Positions 38,546 to 48,183 are shown, counted from the stretch's first letter. The stretch is 58,941 nucleotides of DNA from a virus (IMGVR_UViG_3300025276_000037:1-58941); one strand, 5' to 3'. Program-made: numbers and translations. The notes: a model not told the origin generated them from the sequence alone.

Positions 38546-40872
38546 TATCGTCTTCCGTCTGGGCGCATATCAATTCGGGGATACCCGAGCTGCCACTTAA
38601 CACCAAGGTCAGTAGACTCGACTTTTAGCGACATTTGTCTGCCACGTAGGCGCATGTTTAGGTGTGTGGTGTAAGGTTCTACAGTAATTGTAGCCCCCTG
38701 TACTACTGTGCCTGTATTACTGCCACCTTCTGACGTTGGAGTGTTATATCCAGAACCTGAGCTATCTAACGGGTTTAACGTCATATCTACGCTAGGAGCG
38801 CCGGATGTAGACCCTTGGAAGGTAATATCGGGCAGCATACGCCATACAAACGCGAATTGGTGCCCGTCTTGTAGATCAAACTCAGAAGACGTAATAGAGG
38901 CAGTTATGGCCGTTGTAGTGGTAGTTTCGCTATCATCCACGCCAATTTCGTGGTCTACGAGGTTTTTAGTGTATGTAGCAGCTAATGGTAAGCTACGTAT
39001 GCCCGAGTTCTCCCACGCAGTACGCGCCATAGTGCCGTGATACCACAGGTTTTCTAAGTAGTTATAGGTTACGTATAGGTCGTTGGTTGTACTGCCCGCG
39101 CTAGGGTAAAACCACCAAATTTCGTTAAACTCTTCGTTGGTGCCAGAAACTATTTGTTGGGCTTGTGTAGTCTCAAAGCTCTCAAATACGTGCCTATGTA
39201 GCGTGCAGGGTAGTGGTTTTACGTTACCATCATAGGTATAAAACTTGTCTTTACCCATCCAAAACGCTATACCGTTAGCATATGATACGGCGTTTGGACT
39301 AGCTATAGACACGTTTTCACCTACTATTTGCGCACCCCAGCCCTCTAAACCAAGCAATTGTAGTGCGTATAAAGCGGCATCTGTCCAAATAAGTATCTCT
39401 TGGCGGGCTTGTATACCCGTTATAATCTCACCACCCCTAGATAGTTTTAGGCTGCCAGCTACGTTCGTAGTAGTAGGCGCCCAGTCCCCAGCGTCTTCTT
39501 GGTCTGACCAACGTACTAGTAGTGGGTCTAATGTGTTTGTAGTGTCTAAATACGCTGTCGTACCTAAACAGAACACGAACCGGCTAATGTCTGATACCAG
39601 TACCCTGTTAGCCTTAGCGGGCACACTAAGTGAGTTTACTCTACTAGACAACAAGACAGCACGTGTAGTTAAGGTATTTGCGCCGTCCCAATAGAATAGT
39701 GGCCCACCCCTAAAGTTAGTAATTATGTCTTCACCAAAGTTAGCTTGGCTCCACAAACGTATAGTAGCTTCGGTGGTAAGGCCAGTGCTCCATAACCCGC
39801 CTCCGTAGTATCCTGCGCCCCAACCAGCCTGAGCAGTTTGTATTTCAGCGCCTGAGTTTATCTGGTAAGTAGCTACTACAGAACTACCCCCGCCGAAGCC
39901 GTCACCTGTTGCGGGGTCATTACTAGCCGTAGTGTCAATTGTATAAGAATCAACAAAGGAAAAGGTTAGAACAGCCCCGGTAGATATGGTCTTAGATGTA
40001 CCTATTGTAACAATAGTGTCATCTTCGCTACCCGCTACGCCAGTTACACGCTCACTAATAGCTGTACCATCAGTTTCCGCGCCAGTCATTAGCATACCTA
40101 TTGATATGGCAGAAGCAGCGCCGGTAATAGTATTTATTTCTACAGTAGCATCGCTGGAGCCATCTGCCACAGCTTTAGTTTCGGCTAGGTTGTAGGATAT
40201 TTGGTATTCTTTGTTTATTACACCGGCTGCTATACCGTTAGTAGCACCTGCACCAGAAAATGTAACGAAATCGTTGTTTTTATACCCAAGGTTGGCGTCT
40301 ATAACTCGAATAATAAAGTGAGTAGCCGCGCTAGTATCGTCGGTAAGTAGTGGGTTTGCCCCTAGAGTTATAACTGCATTGAAGTGTAATATCGCGTTTA
40401 TGGCTATGCTTTTAGAGGCGCCTATGGTTATGCTACCTTGACTAGCTACGGCGGCAACAGTGACACTTATGGCAGAACCACTAGCATCTGTGCCAGTCAT
40501 AATCATACCTGTACGTACGGTGCCTACATTGTTCTCTAGGGTTACTGTGGTAGAGCTAGAAGTAGCGGCTTTTACTGTCGCAGAGGCTTGGTCAAGTGGA
40601 GTAACGTCATTGTACTCCCCACCAGACTCTACATAGAACTTAGTGTTCGTACCAACACCTACATATAATTTGCTCGCTAAAGTACGCCAGCTATGAATAG
40701 AGCGGGAGATACCGTCAAACACGTTGTTAGATAGGCGCGCCCACCCACCGATCTTTTCCGGCAGACCTTTACGGAACCGTACTTTATCGGAGTCGTTCCA
40801 GCCACCTTCAGTGCTGTAGCGCGTACCTTCTTTGTTTACGCCGGGTTTTAGTTCTAACTTGCTTAATGGCAT
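38545..40872 (-). CDS. Tail hub / head closure protein (P22 gp10-like)
   Basis: KPG.NK..T.Y..EGGW..SDKVRFR.G.PEKIGGW; WSQANFGED; RWSDQE; RLRGRQ...RIDMRPDGRR. Confidence 0.8.
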   Translation of the reverse strand: MPLSKLELKPGVNKEGTRYSTEGGWNDSDKVRFRKGLPEKIGGWARLSNNVFDGISRSIHSWRTLASKLYVGVGTNTKFYVESGGEYNDVTPLDQASATVKAATSSSTTVTLENNVGTVRTGMIMTGTDASGSAISVTVAAVASQGSITIGASKSIAINAILHFNAVITLGANPLLTDDTSAATHFIIRVIDANLGYKNNDFVTFSGAGATNGIAAGVINKEYQISYNLAETKAVADGSSDATVEINTITGAASAISIGMLMTGAETDGTAISERVTGVAGSEDDTIVTIGTSKTISTGAVLTFSFVDSYTIDTTASNDPATGDGFGGGSSVVATYQINSGAEIQTAQAGWGAGYYGGGLWSTGLTTEATIRLWSQANFGEDIITNFRGGPLFYWDGANTLTTRAVLLSSRVNSLSVPAKANRVLVSDISRFVFCLGTTAYLDTTNTLDPLLVRWSDQEDAGDWAPTTTNVAGSLKLSRGGEIITGIQARQEILIWTDAALYALQLLGLEGWGAQIVGENVSIASPNAVSYANGIAFWMGKDKFYTYDGNVKPLPCTLHRHVFESFETTQAQQIVSGTNEEFNEIWWFYPSAGSTTNDLYVTYNYLENLWYHGTMARTAWENSGIRSLPLAATYTKNLVDHEIGVDDSETTTTTAITASITSSEFDLQDGHQFAFVWRMLPDITFQGSTSGAPSVDMTLNPLDSSGSGYNTPTSEGGSNTGTVVQGATITVEPYTTHLNMRLRGRQMSLKVESTDLGVKWQLGYPRIDMRPDGRR

Positions 40873-40881
40873 TGTTACCTC

Positions 40882-41232
40882 TTAATAAATCCACAGCACA
40901 GGTACAGTATTGCGTGTGTCTACGTGAACAAAAGTCTTAGCAACACCAATACCACTAAACCCTAACTCGAATGCTTTTTTAGCTAACAAGAATCTTTGTG
41001 CCCCGCCGCTAACACGTATATCTGCGGCAATGCCTTTACTGTGCATCCCCGGTGCGGCTTTCTTAGCCTCAATAGAATGCTTAGGGCTTCTGTACCCAGA
41101 GGTAATCGTAAACGAAAACCCACACGCTTCGCGTAACGAATCTAGCGCATGAATAAATTCATCCTGCATATCGTTCTCACCAGTCTCTTGGCAGTCAAAT
41201 TCTTCGATTTTAAAGTATTTAAAGTTACTCAT
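40882..41232 (-). CDS. Endolysin, peptidase M15A family
   Basis: YFK.EEF.C, ITSGYRS, SKGIAADI preceded by H, FVHVDTR; start at ATG 41232. Confidence 0.9.
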   Translation of the reverse strand: MSNFKYFKIEEFDCQETGENDMQDEFIHALDSLREACGFSFTITSGYRSPKHSIEAKKAAPGMHSKGIAADIRVSGGAQRFLLAKKAFELGFSGIGVAKTFVHVDTRNTVPVLWIY

Positions 41233-41701
41233 CTGGCTTATGACTCGCACCGAAGTAAAAAGAAGTTATAGCTGATACTACACCCCCCATGTAACCTAGG
41301 ATTAGGCTTACTATAGTGTCGCTATTAGCATCAGGTGGCTGGATAGTAACAAGAAAAATATACCCAACAAAACCCACCAGAGCGACAAGAGCAACGACTC
41401 TCGGCGTCCAATCACCTTTGTGTGCCTGTCTCGCATCTTTGACATCTTGAGCCTCCAGAGCAAATACATCGACTTCTAGCTCTGCCATCTTCTTCTCGAA
41501 GTCTAGCTCGGCTTTTTTAATCTCAACAAGTTGCTCAGGTGTGGCAGATTGCATCGCTGTCTCGATAGACTTAGCGTCTGACTTACAGCCTAGCACAGAG
41601 GCAATTGCTTGTGCAGCAGTGCCCCCAAGAGGGCCAGCTAGTGCCGTACCAAGTGTAGGGGCAACCGCCCCAATTAAGCCTTTAATAGCTTTAAAATTCA
41701 T
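41225..41701 (-). CDS. Holin (3TM, gene-transfer-release type)
   Basis: APTLGTAL.GPLGG, D..DAR, two TM segments, FYFGAS; adjacent to the endolysin. Confidence 0.75.
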   Translation of the reverse strand: MNFKAIKGLIGAVAPTLGTALAGPLGGTAAQAIASVLGCKSDAKSIETAMQSATPEQLVEIKKAELDFEKKMAELEVDVFALEAQDVKDARQAHKGDWTPRVVALVALVGFVGYIFLVTIQPPDANSDTIVSLILGYMGGVVSAITSFYFGASHKPDE

Positions 41702-41702
41702 T

Positions 41703-41867
41703 TTACTTACCTACTTTCTGCATAGCTGCTTTATGTGAAGCTGAAAAGCTCTTACCGTTCTTCATTTCTTTGCGCATAAAAGCCATATGCTTCGCTGTAT
41801 GGTGCTCTTTATGCTTTTCTAGCGTTGTTTTCTGCCGCTTGGTTAGCCCTGAAGTACGTTTATGCAT
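41703..41867 (-). CDS. Small His/Met/Lys-rich protein (54 aa), not in ORF track
   Basis: MHKRTSGLTKRQKTTLEKHKEHHTAKHMAFMRKEMKNGKSFSASHKAAMQKVGK; fills the gap exactly. Confidence 0.7.
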   Translation of the reverse strand: MHKRTSGLTKRQKTTLEKHKEHHTAKHMAFMRKEMKNGKSFSASHKAAMQKVGK

Positions 41868-41872
41868 AGCCC

Positions 41873-42310
41873 TTATCCTAGTGGGTTGTTGTTTAAGTTA
41901 CTTAATCTCGAACTAAGGCGCGCAATTTGCCCTTCAAGCCTTTCAATCGTGCTTTGAAGATTGCTAATTCGGCTTTTATTAACGCTAACGCCGCTTTCGA
42001 TTTTGCTTGTATCTTGGCTTTGAAGCCCGCTAATAGTGCTTTCAAGTCGTTTAATAGTTTGGTCAGCATTGGTTATCTCCGCTTGTATTGTAGCAATAGT
42101 AGCCGATATATGGCCTATATCACTGTTTGATTGTGTGACTTCAAGTGTAGTCAATCTACGCTCCATAACGCGAATTTCTTCGACATTATATAGTTCTGAC
42201 ATAGAACCTTCTAGTTGAGCTACTTTCTCTTCCATTGTGGCGAAAGTCATAGCAACACCGCCTAGAGCGCCTGCTATACCAACCCAAGTACTAATTTGTT
42301 CTGCATTCAT
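41873..42310 (-). CDS. Membrane-anchored coiled-coil protein (i-spanin-like topology)
   Basis: N-terminal TM followed by a long heptad pattern; ends NNPLG. Confidence 0.6.
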   Translation of the reverse strand: MNAEQISTWVGIAGALGGVAMTFATMEEKVAQLEGSMSELYNVEEIRVMERRLTTLEVTQSNSDIGHISATIATIQAEITNADQTIKRLESTISGLQSQDTSKIESGVSVNKSRISNLQSTIERLEGQIARLSSRLSNLNNNPLG

Positions 42311-43092
42311 CGTGGTGTTACCTCGTATCCGCTATCGGGAAAAAAGCCTTGCCCATTAGTCGAATTAACTGACCAAAACTCACTTTCAACACCTACTACT
42401 GTACCGTTCCAAGATATGTTTATTTGGTCTAGGTATACGTCATCAATGTTTACTATAGCGCTATCGTAGAATGCCTGAACAGTATCGGATGCCTGTGTGC
42501 TAAAAGTAGTCGCTTCAATTATCGCACCTTCATACTGTTCAAGCATGTTCTTTGTTCTTGATGCTACTACCATCCCCTCAATGCTGGCTGCATATTTGTC
42601 TCTTGTATCTTGTTTAATATCGCGTAGGTCGTTATCAGTAGCGTATTTCTCCATACCGATTTTAGTCGATTCATCAGCTACTTCAATCTCAGCCGCTATA
42701 GCTGTAACCGCCGCAATCTGCTGCGCTTCTTCTATCATAGCGTTTTTCTGGTCTTCAAACTCAACCTGCTGGCCGATAATCTGATCTTGTATTAGCAGAC
42801 TAGTGAGGTGCTCTTGAGTGGATTCGGAGAGTGCCAGAGCATAGGCAGCATTGAATGCGTCCAACTGACCCTGTGTGAGATGATACTCTTGTCCTGTATC
42901 AGGATGCACGATAGTAGTAGAGCCATTGACCATGTTAGCAGCCATTTGCGATATGAAATTGTTTGCCTCCTCACCTATTAGGGAATTTATGGCGGCTGTA
43001 TGGTTTTGGAGGTCTGTTTGACTTCTCACGGTAGATGAGAGGCTGATCAGGAACCCTATCAGGGCGATGTTTATAAAACGTGTACGCATCAT
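42307..43092 (-). CDS. Exported acidic helical protein
   Basis: Signal peptide MMRTRFINIALIGFLISLSSTVRS; ATG 43092 or 43089. Confidence 0.7.
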   Translation of the reverse strand: MMRTRFINIALIGFLISLSSTVRSQTDLQNHTAAINSLIGEEANNFISQMAANMVNGSTTIVHPDTGQEYHLTQGQLDAFNAAYALALSESTQEHLTSLLIQDQIIGQQVEFEDQKNAMIEEAQQIAAVTAIAAEIEVADESTKIGMEKYATDNDLRDIKQDTRDKYAASIEGMVVASRTKNMLEQYEGAIIEATTFSTQASDTVQAFYDSAIVNIDDVYLDQINISWNGTVVGVESEFWSVNSTNGQGFFPDSGYEVTPR

Positions 43093-43525
43093 TTCCAATT
43101 AATCCTTGGTTAGTAGGACACGGAGTCCCAGATTCAAATAAAGCCCACCACACCCTATGATCTTGGCACATAACGCTAACGGCAGCAACCTTTAGACCTA
43201 GAGCTTGTAGCTGCTTAGACAGCTTTAATCGCTCACAATTTTGATCTACAACAGGCTTACCGATGGCTATACCAAACATCTGTGTTTGGACACCAGCACT
43301 ACCAGAAAACACACATACGTCCTGATTGTAGCTTGAGCCGCTCGGAGCTACCGCAGTGCTAACTACTGCACCTTCTTGTGTAACTGTGGTGGTCGTTCTG
43401 TTATCAATACTCTCGGCGCTTTGTTGGTTGTTAGACCCAAAGTCACCTACTGAAGCATCTTGTGCTTCTTGAGCGTTAGAGGAGTTTGCTAATAATAGCG
43501 CCACCACCAGAGATAATAACCGCAT
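42971..43525 (-). CDS. Exported Cys-containing protein of unknown function
   Basis: Signal peptide; TAVAPS...C...GVQT...D.NCERLKLSK.L...GLKVAAVS.MCQD.RV...GTPCP. Confidence 0.75.
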   Translation of the reverse strand: MRLLSLVVALLLANSSNAQEAQDASVGDFGSNNQQSAESIDNRTTTTVTQEGAVVSTAVAPSGSSYNQDVCVFSGSAGVQTQMFGIAIGKPVVDQNCERLKLSKQLQALGLKVAAVSVMCQDHRVWWALFESGTPCPTNQGLIGNDAYTFYKHRPDRVPDQPLIYREKSNRPPKPYSRHKFPNR

Positions 43526-43676
43526 ACAGCCCCCATATCATGTTTTCTAGGCGGATAAACTTCTTTGACCCAGAAGAAAGTTGTTCTTTGATATATGCGT
43601 ATTTTAAATTGCACTCTGCCTCGTGCTTCTCAATACCTGCGACTGCTTCTGCTAGCATTTCCTTCTGCGTTGCCAT
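43476..43676 (-). CDS. XhlA-like / small holin-like membrane protein
   Basis: HEAEC..Y..I...L.......RLE then a C-terminal TM; GAGG RBS. Confidence 0.65.
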   Translation of the reverse strand: MATQKEMLAEAVAGIEKHEAECNLKYAYIKEQLSSGSKKFIRLENMIWGLYAVIISGGGAIISKLL

Positions 43677-43684
43677 TACTACCT

Positions 43685-44134
43685 CTACAATATGTTTAAA
43701 GTTATGATAATACCGTCATGCCCTTCGATAGGAAGGCCCACTTCGGCGGTAAATAAGTCTTCTCTGCCAAAACTCGCAAGTAAGAAATCATACATTGGAG
43801 TGTTTGTTTTTACATGCCCTTTTATGGCTGTAATGTCTAAATCCCGTAATACCTTACAAAAGGAATCACCAGACAGTATAAATGCTTTGTTGTCGCCCAC
43901 TATCACGTTTGTGCAGTGGTATGCTTTGTTCTTTATTCTACCAGTTGTGTAGCCCACAACTTCGCCGTCTTTAGTTATCTCTGCGGTAAGTTTACCGTCT
44001 ATTGCATGAGTAAATGCACTCTTCGTAATTGCGAAGTCTTGGCCGGTATTAATATCTATAACGTCTTTGTTTTCGGCGTATAGCTGCTCTAACTTCACTA
44101 GGTCAACTGTATTAACTATTGCCGTGCTAAACAT
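43685..44134 (-). CDS. Hypothetical protein, possibly GNAT-like
   Basis: 149 aa; KDGEVVGY strand and N.PM..F helix are GNAT-like; GGAGG RBS. Confidence 0.55.
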   Translation of the reverse strand: MFSTAIVNTVDLVKLEQLYAENKDVIDINTGQDFAITKSAFTHAIDGKLTAEITKDGEVVGYTTGRIKNKAYHCTNVIVGDNKAFILSGDSFCKVLRDLDITAIKGHVKTNTPMYDFLLASFGREDLFTAEVGLPIEGHDGIIITLNIL

Positions 44135-44576
44135 TAAACGTCACCTCCACTTGCGCGTCTTCTGTCGTACCAAATATATCGCCTTGCCCGTTACCTGACC
44201 ACGCTGCGTATTTAACTCCCTCGGCTGTTACTCTTGTAAAGGTAAGCGCACTCATAGTAGCTGTACCTAGACTTGTTACCACAGACGTAACTGACGTGGC
44301 TGATAGGTTTTCGTCTGGGTCGGCTACTGTAAATATGAATTCGTCTGCAACGTTTGACGTGTTGAGGCGGTGTATAGTGTAGTTAGCGCCACCCACTGTC
44401 ACGTGATTAGGGGATAATGAGCCGAATTGGGGGGTGCTTTCATCAGATGGCACAGAAAACGGTAGTGCTATAAACCCATGGAATAAAACACCCTTTGTGT
44501 TAGTAACACCCACAGTCATAGTGGAGACATTAGTCCCACTCCCTGCACCTAGCATTGCTATAACGCCCGAAGACAT
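44127..44576 (-). CDS. Tail-fibre-associated beta-rich protein
   Basis: MSSGVIAMLGAG N-terminus, FGSLSP; TAATG-coupled to the fibre gene. Confidence 0.6.
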   Translation of the reverse strand: MSSGVIAMLGAGSGTNVSTMTVGVTNTKGVLFHGFIALPFSVPSDESTPQFGSLSPNHVTVGGANYTIHRLNTSNVADEFIFTVADPDENLSATSVTSVVTSLGTATMSALTFTRVTAEGVKYAAWSGNGQGDIFGTTEDAQVEVTFNV

Positions 44577-45523
44577 TAACTAACACCCCCGCCAAAGATA
44601 ACGTATAGGTTAGCTGCTACGCATACGATCTCGGCTACGCCGCCCTGCACAATGGTTCTGTCGGTATTTACGTCGCCCGGAGTGTATGCTGTACCTGAGC
44701 ACAGGGCTATAACATCGTCAGTACCGCCGGATTCGATAGTAATATCAGCCGTTGCATGGGCGTTAACAATAACCCAAGTAGAACCAACAGGGATGGCCGT
44801 TGTAGCTGCGTCAGGTAGGGTGTACTTAGTGTCTCCACTAGCTATGGATATAATTCTTTGCCCGACAAGTGCTGTCATTGCTGCGGCGTCTTTGTCGGCG
44901 GTTGGGCTAAGTACAGTAGCCGTAGGTGATCCTGAGATACTCAAGCCTTTTACTATACCCGCGCATGTAGTGTTACCCGTCACACCTAGCGTAGTACCTA
45001 CAGTAGCGGCAGCAGCCATAGTAACCGCGCCAGTAACACCTAGTGTGCCACCCACTGTGGTATTACCAGTAACACCTAGCGTGCCACCCATTGTGGCGTT
45101 ACCAGTAATGTTATTTACCCCGTCTATTACATCAGTGCCGTTGCAGTGTAGGAGAGATGTTTTACCCGCTGGTACAGCTACGCCTGTCTCGCCGCTAACC
45201 TTTACGGTTACAATTTGGTTAGAGTTGTTAAGCACAACAAACACTTTGCTTTTATCCGGGACATTGAGAGTGCCCGCAGCGGTAAGGGCGGAACCGCCTG
45301 CACCAGTATTTAGCTGTAATATTGCCGCACGCCCGTCCCCAACCGCGCCATCACCTGCCGTTACACTAGCGACGTTACTAGACCATGAGCTAATTACTGA
45401 CCGTCCAGCAATGGCTTGCTCTAACAGGTCGGTAAGGGACGCGTTTATAGTTGTGCCCCAAGTGCCCGCAGCGTCGCCTACGGCTGGCTTTACAAGTCCT
45501 AAACTATCTGTGAATGTGGCCAT
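44576..45523 (-). CDS. Tail fibre-like structural protein
   Basis: GTWGTTIN..L..LLEQAIAG anchor; GGTLGVTG repeats; ends IFGGGVS. Confidence 0.75.
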   Translation of the reverse strand: MATFTDSLGLVKPAVGDAAGTWGTTINASLTDLLEQAIAGRSVISSWSSNVASVTAGDGAVGDGRAAILQLNTGAGGSALTAAGTLNVPDKSKVFVVLNNSNQIVTVKVSGETGVAVPAGKTSLLHCNGTDVIDGVNNITGNATMGGTLGVTGNTTVGGTLGVTGAVTMAAAATVGTTLGVTGNTTCAGIVKGLSISGSPTATVLSPTADKDAAAMTALVGQRIISIASGDTKYTLPDAATTAIPVGSTWVIVNAHATADITIESGGTDDVIALCSGTAYTPGDVNTDRTIVQGGVAEIVCVAANLYVIFGGGVS

Positions 45524-45951
45524 TATTCAATCCTAATTATTGCTGTAGTCGCGCTCGCGGCAGGGAAAGTAACCGCAAACGTACTATTAGATGATGTTTT
45601 GTCTGAGCCGAAGTCTAGCACAGCTATAGATGAGTTAGCTCCACCACTTTGGTATATGAGTGCCCCGCGAGCTGTAAACGTAGAGCTTGTCCACTCACTA
45701 TCAGCGAAATCGACAAAGGCTACATTATCCGAAACAGTAATAGCCGCCCCTGATAACGTGTTGCCACCTGTTGAGTATCCGCCTACACCGTCAGCTAATT
45801 CACCAGCAACCCCAGCGAACGCCGCTGTGGAAGCGTCTAGTGTCGCAGTACTATCGTACAAAGCTATCTTGAACGTATCCGAATCGAAGTGAATATCGCC
45901 TTTTAACAGGTTTTCTTTACACTTGTCTGTCATTATTTGTGTAATAGCCAT
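45523..45951 (-). CDS. Conserved virion/tail protein
   Basis: MAITQ...FKIALY...GYSTGG.TL...FTARGALIY...VLDFGSDK...AIIRI. Confidence 0.75.
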   Translation of the reverse strand: MAITQIMTDKCKENLLKGDIHFDSDTFKIALYDSTATLDASTAAFAGVAGELADGVGGYSTGGNTLSGAAITVSDNVAFVDFADSEWTSSTFTARGALIYQSGGANSSIAVLDFGSDKTSSNSTFAVTFPAASATTAIIRIE

Positions 45952-45952
45952 C

Positions 45953-46630
45953 TTATGCTACTCCTACCGGTGCGCGTGCGGGTGCAGCACGGTACGCGTC
46001 TGTAGATAACCTACCTCCTAGGGAGCCTAACAGCTTTAAAGCTGTTACGAACTGTTGATTGTACATGGCTACTATATCTGCCTCAGCTTTCATAAATCTA
46101 GCTGCTTCTACTAGCGCGCCGTTAAGTAGCACACTCTCAAAATTACTAGACAGCCACGTAGTGCCACTATCCGCACCTGCCGTAAGTGAGGCTGGGTAGG
46201 CTTTGTAGGTGTGTATTAGAGATAGTGCGTCACTTGGAGTAGGTGCTACAGCAATAAACAAAGTTTCAGCACTGCCACTTATCCCGCTCTCGCCGAACTG
46301 CGCGTAGTACACAGGGTCGCCTGTAGTATCTTGGTCTGGGTATGCTTCTAATAAGAAGCTGTTGTCTTTCTCTATCAGGTACGTAACAACGTTGGCCGCA
46401 TCTTTTGTAGCAAGGGTAAGGGTACTTAGATAGCCACTAGGCGTTGCTGTTAGGGGGTTTCCTACGGATAAGCTAGCTGAAGTCTCTGTATACGTGTTAG
46501 CAGGTAAATCAATAGCTGTGTATATAGCTTGCTCCGCTTGCGTTATAAACAAATTAAGCTGGAAATCTGAAAACGTGTTCTCAGTAACGCCAGCTATATT
46601 AGTCTTCATGTCTGCGTATGTCATGCTCAT
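45953..46630 (-). CDS. Head-tail adaptor / tail tubular protein
   Basis: MTY..., FI..AE..I, G.P.YYA, APTP, TWLS.N...LL.G.LVEA..FMK. Confidence 0.72.
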   Translation of the reverse strand: MSMTYADMKTNIAGVTENTFSDFQLNLFITQAEQAIYTAIDLPANTYTETSASLSVGNPLTATPSGYLSTLTLATKDAANVVTYLIEKDNSFLLEAYPDQDTTGDPVYYAQFGESGISGSAETLFIAVAPTPSDALSLIHTYKAYPASLTAGADSGTTWLSSNFESVLLNGALVEAARFMKAEADIVAMYNQQFVTALKLLGSLGGRLSTDAYRAAPARAPVGVA

Positions 46631-46971
46631 TATGTCGTCACCGTTACTGTGCCTATCTTGGCATTACCTACTAATGTATTGGGTATGTCTATGTTGTTGC
46701 CACCACCTACAGGCCGAAAACCATACTGAGTAACCCTACTCTCAGCTAGGGCGTTGTCTGGGCGTGGGTTACGTATCGCCTGTGGGTCAGTTACTACAAC
46801 TTCCCCTAACTTGTTCTGTGGGTGGTCTTTCTCCCAACAATATGGGCATACCATTAAATGTGTGTTCTTGCTCTTAATAACCAGAGCTTTGAGCTTCTTT
46901 AACTTGTACTGAAACCCACAACGGTCGCATATAGCGATAGCTCGTTTGGCGGAGGCGAATTTATTAGCCAT
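46630..46971 (-). CDS. Zinc-binding late protein
   Basis: AICDRCGF, VCPYCWE.DHPQ, DPQA.RNPRPD; TAATG coupling on both sides. Confidence 0.75.
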   Translation of the reverse strand: MANKFASAKRAIAICDRCGFQYKLKKLKALVIKSKNTHLMVCPYCWEKDHPQNKLGEVVVTDPQAIRNPRPDNALAESRVTQYGFRPVGGGNNIDIPNTLVGNAKIGTVTVTT

Positions 46972-47729
46972 TAGCAACGACCTATACTAGGCACGAAACG
47001 CGCTGAAGTTTTCTCCCTGTCTTCTTGCGAAGCGAGTGCAAATTGCTCTTCATATTCTTGCTTTAGCATAGGTATTCTAGGGGCTAGTTCAGGTACTTTC
47101 ATAGCTATATAGTATGCCAGTCCTGCTACCGCGCATGGGAGGAACCTGAAAGGCATGTCTGCTGTCTGCGCTCCCGTACCCGCGTCTTGTATACGGCGCA
47201 TACGGTAGTAATATATTTGGTAAGTACTGCTTTTGTCCGGCACCGGCCATACGGTTAAGAACTGTACGTTTGCGCCTATAGTGGTAGGAGTCGGTGTAGC
47301 GCCACCGGTGTGGTCGCCGCTTTGGTACGTGCCTGCTTGCCCTAGTCTATGGACTAATGCTTGTAGTGGTCTACCTATAGATAGTTTGTTGGGTATAGCT
47401 GCGTACGTAGGTAAGCTAATTCTGTTTAGCGACAGGTCAGATTGCGATGACGCGTTACCTGCGTTTGTACGTATGTTCATCTCACATACGTCTATCGTGT
47501 CAGCGGGTAAAGAATACGTAGCGTCGTCTTTAGTAAGGTTGATAAAACCTTCGTCTATCGTCCACAGGTTAATCCCACGATTAGCCCACTCAATGGTAAG
47601 CATGTTCATGGAACGTCTAGCCGTACGTAGGTCGTAACCCGTGCGCAACTCGCGCCCAGCGCGTTCCCACGCCTCTTCCGCTATCTCTGTAAATTGCGGG
47701 TTAAATGTAGCAGTGCCTGAAGTAGCCAT
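46971..47729 (-). CDS. Head-tail adaptor/connector protein
   Basis: MATSGT..F, EEAWER.G, ARRS.N.L..EWANRG.NLW, WPVPD, PFRFLPC..AGLAYY. Confidence 0.72.
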   Translation of the reverse strand: MATSGTATFNPQFTEIAEEAWERAGRELRTGYDLRTARRSMNMLTIEWANRGINLWTIDEGFINLTKDDATYSLPADTIDVCEMNIRTNAGNASSQSDLSLNRISLPTYAAIPNKLSIGRPLQALVHRLGQAGTYQSGDHTGGATPTPTTIGANVQFLTVWPVPDKSSTYQIYYYRMRRIQDAGTGAQTADMPFRFLPCAVAGLAYYIAMKVPELAPRIPMLKQEYEEQFALASQEDREKTSARFVPSIGRC

Positions 47730-48022
47730 TATTTAGTTCCACATCCGCATTTGTGTCGTCGTTTACGAGCTAAGCCACCGCCCCCAAACTTTACTGTCGC
47801 GGGTTTAGTGTTCTTAACTACCGTTTTGCCCTTTGCGCCTTCCCGCTTCTTTTTCTTAGCAGTGGCTGCACGTTGGCCTTTAGTTAGCGAGTTCGCTTTG
47901 TTGCGCGGTAAGCAACGGTCTGGGTTCTTCTTGTCTTTTGATGTGCCACACTTACCTTTGACTTTACCATCAGTACCGACACGAACCCAGTCTTGGTCAA
48001 CCCATTTCTTTAGATCGCCCAT
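47729..48022 (-). CDS. Small basic protein (DUF5872-associated type)
   Basis: LKKW....WV...CG.....CLP; Lys/Arg-rich; FGGGGLA near the C-terminus. Confidence 0.7.
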   Translation of the reverse strand: MGDLKKWVDQDWVRVGTDGKVKGKCGTSKDKKNPDRCLPRNKANSLTKGQRAATAKKKKREGAKGKTVVKNTKPATVKFGGGGLARKRRHKCGCGTK

Positions 48023-48183
48023 TATTTCTTCTTACCTTTAGAGCCTTTAGCGTAATTAGGGTCTTTGCAGTACTTAGAAGCTGCCATATTAGCATATGCA
48101 CTAGGGTAAGTATCGAAGGTACGTTTCGCCCACGACTTACCCTTAGAGCATATTTTGCCACCAGATTTATAGTAGCGGCGCAT
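48022..48183 (-). CDS. Small basic protein (53 aa, YPSAYAN, DUF5872-like), not in ORF track
   Basis: MRRYYKSGGKICSKGKSWAKRTFDTYPSAYANMAASKYCKDPNYAKGSKGKKK; TAATG-coupled to the next gene. Confidence 0.75.
   Translation of the reverse strand: MRRYYKSGGKICSKGKSWAKRTFDTYPSAYANMAASKYCKDPNYAKGSKGKKK

Noticed and set aside
44652-45536. 294-aa + strand ORF and the many other antisense ORFs (e.g. 11336-12235, 16908-17501)
   Set aside because: In-register shadows of real genes on the opposite strand, with no RBS or recognisable motifs.
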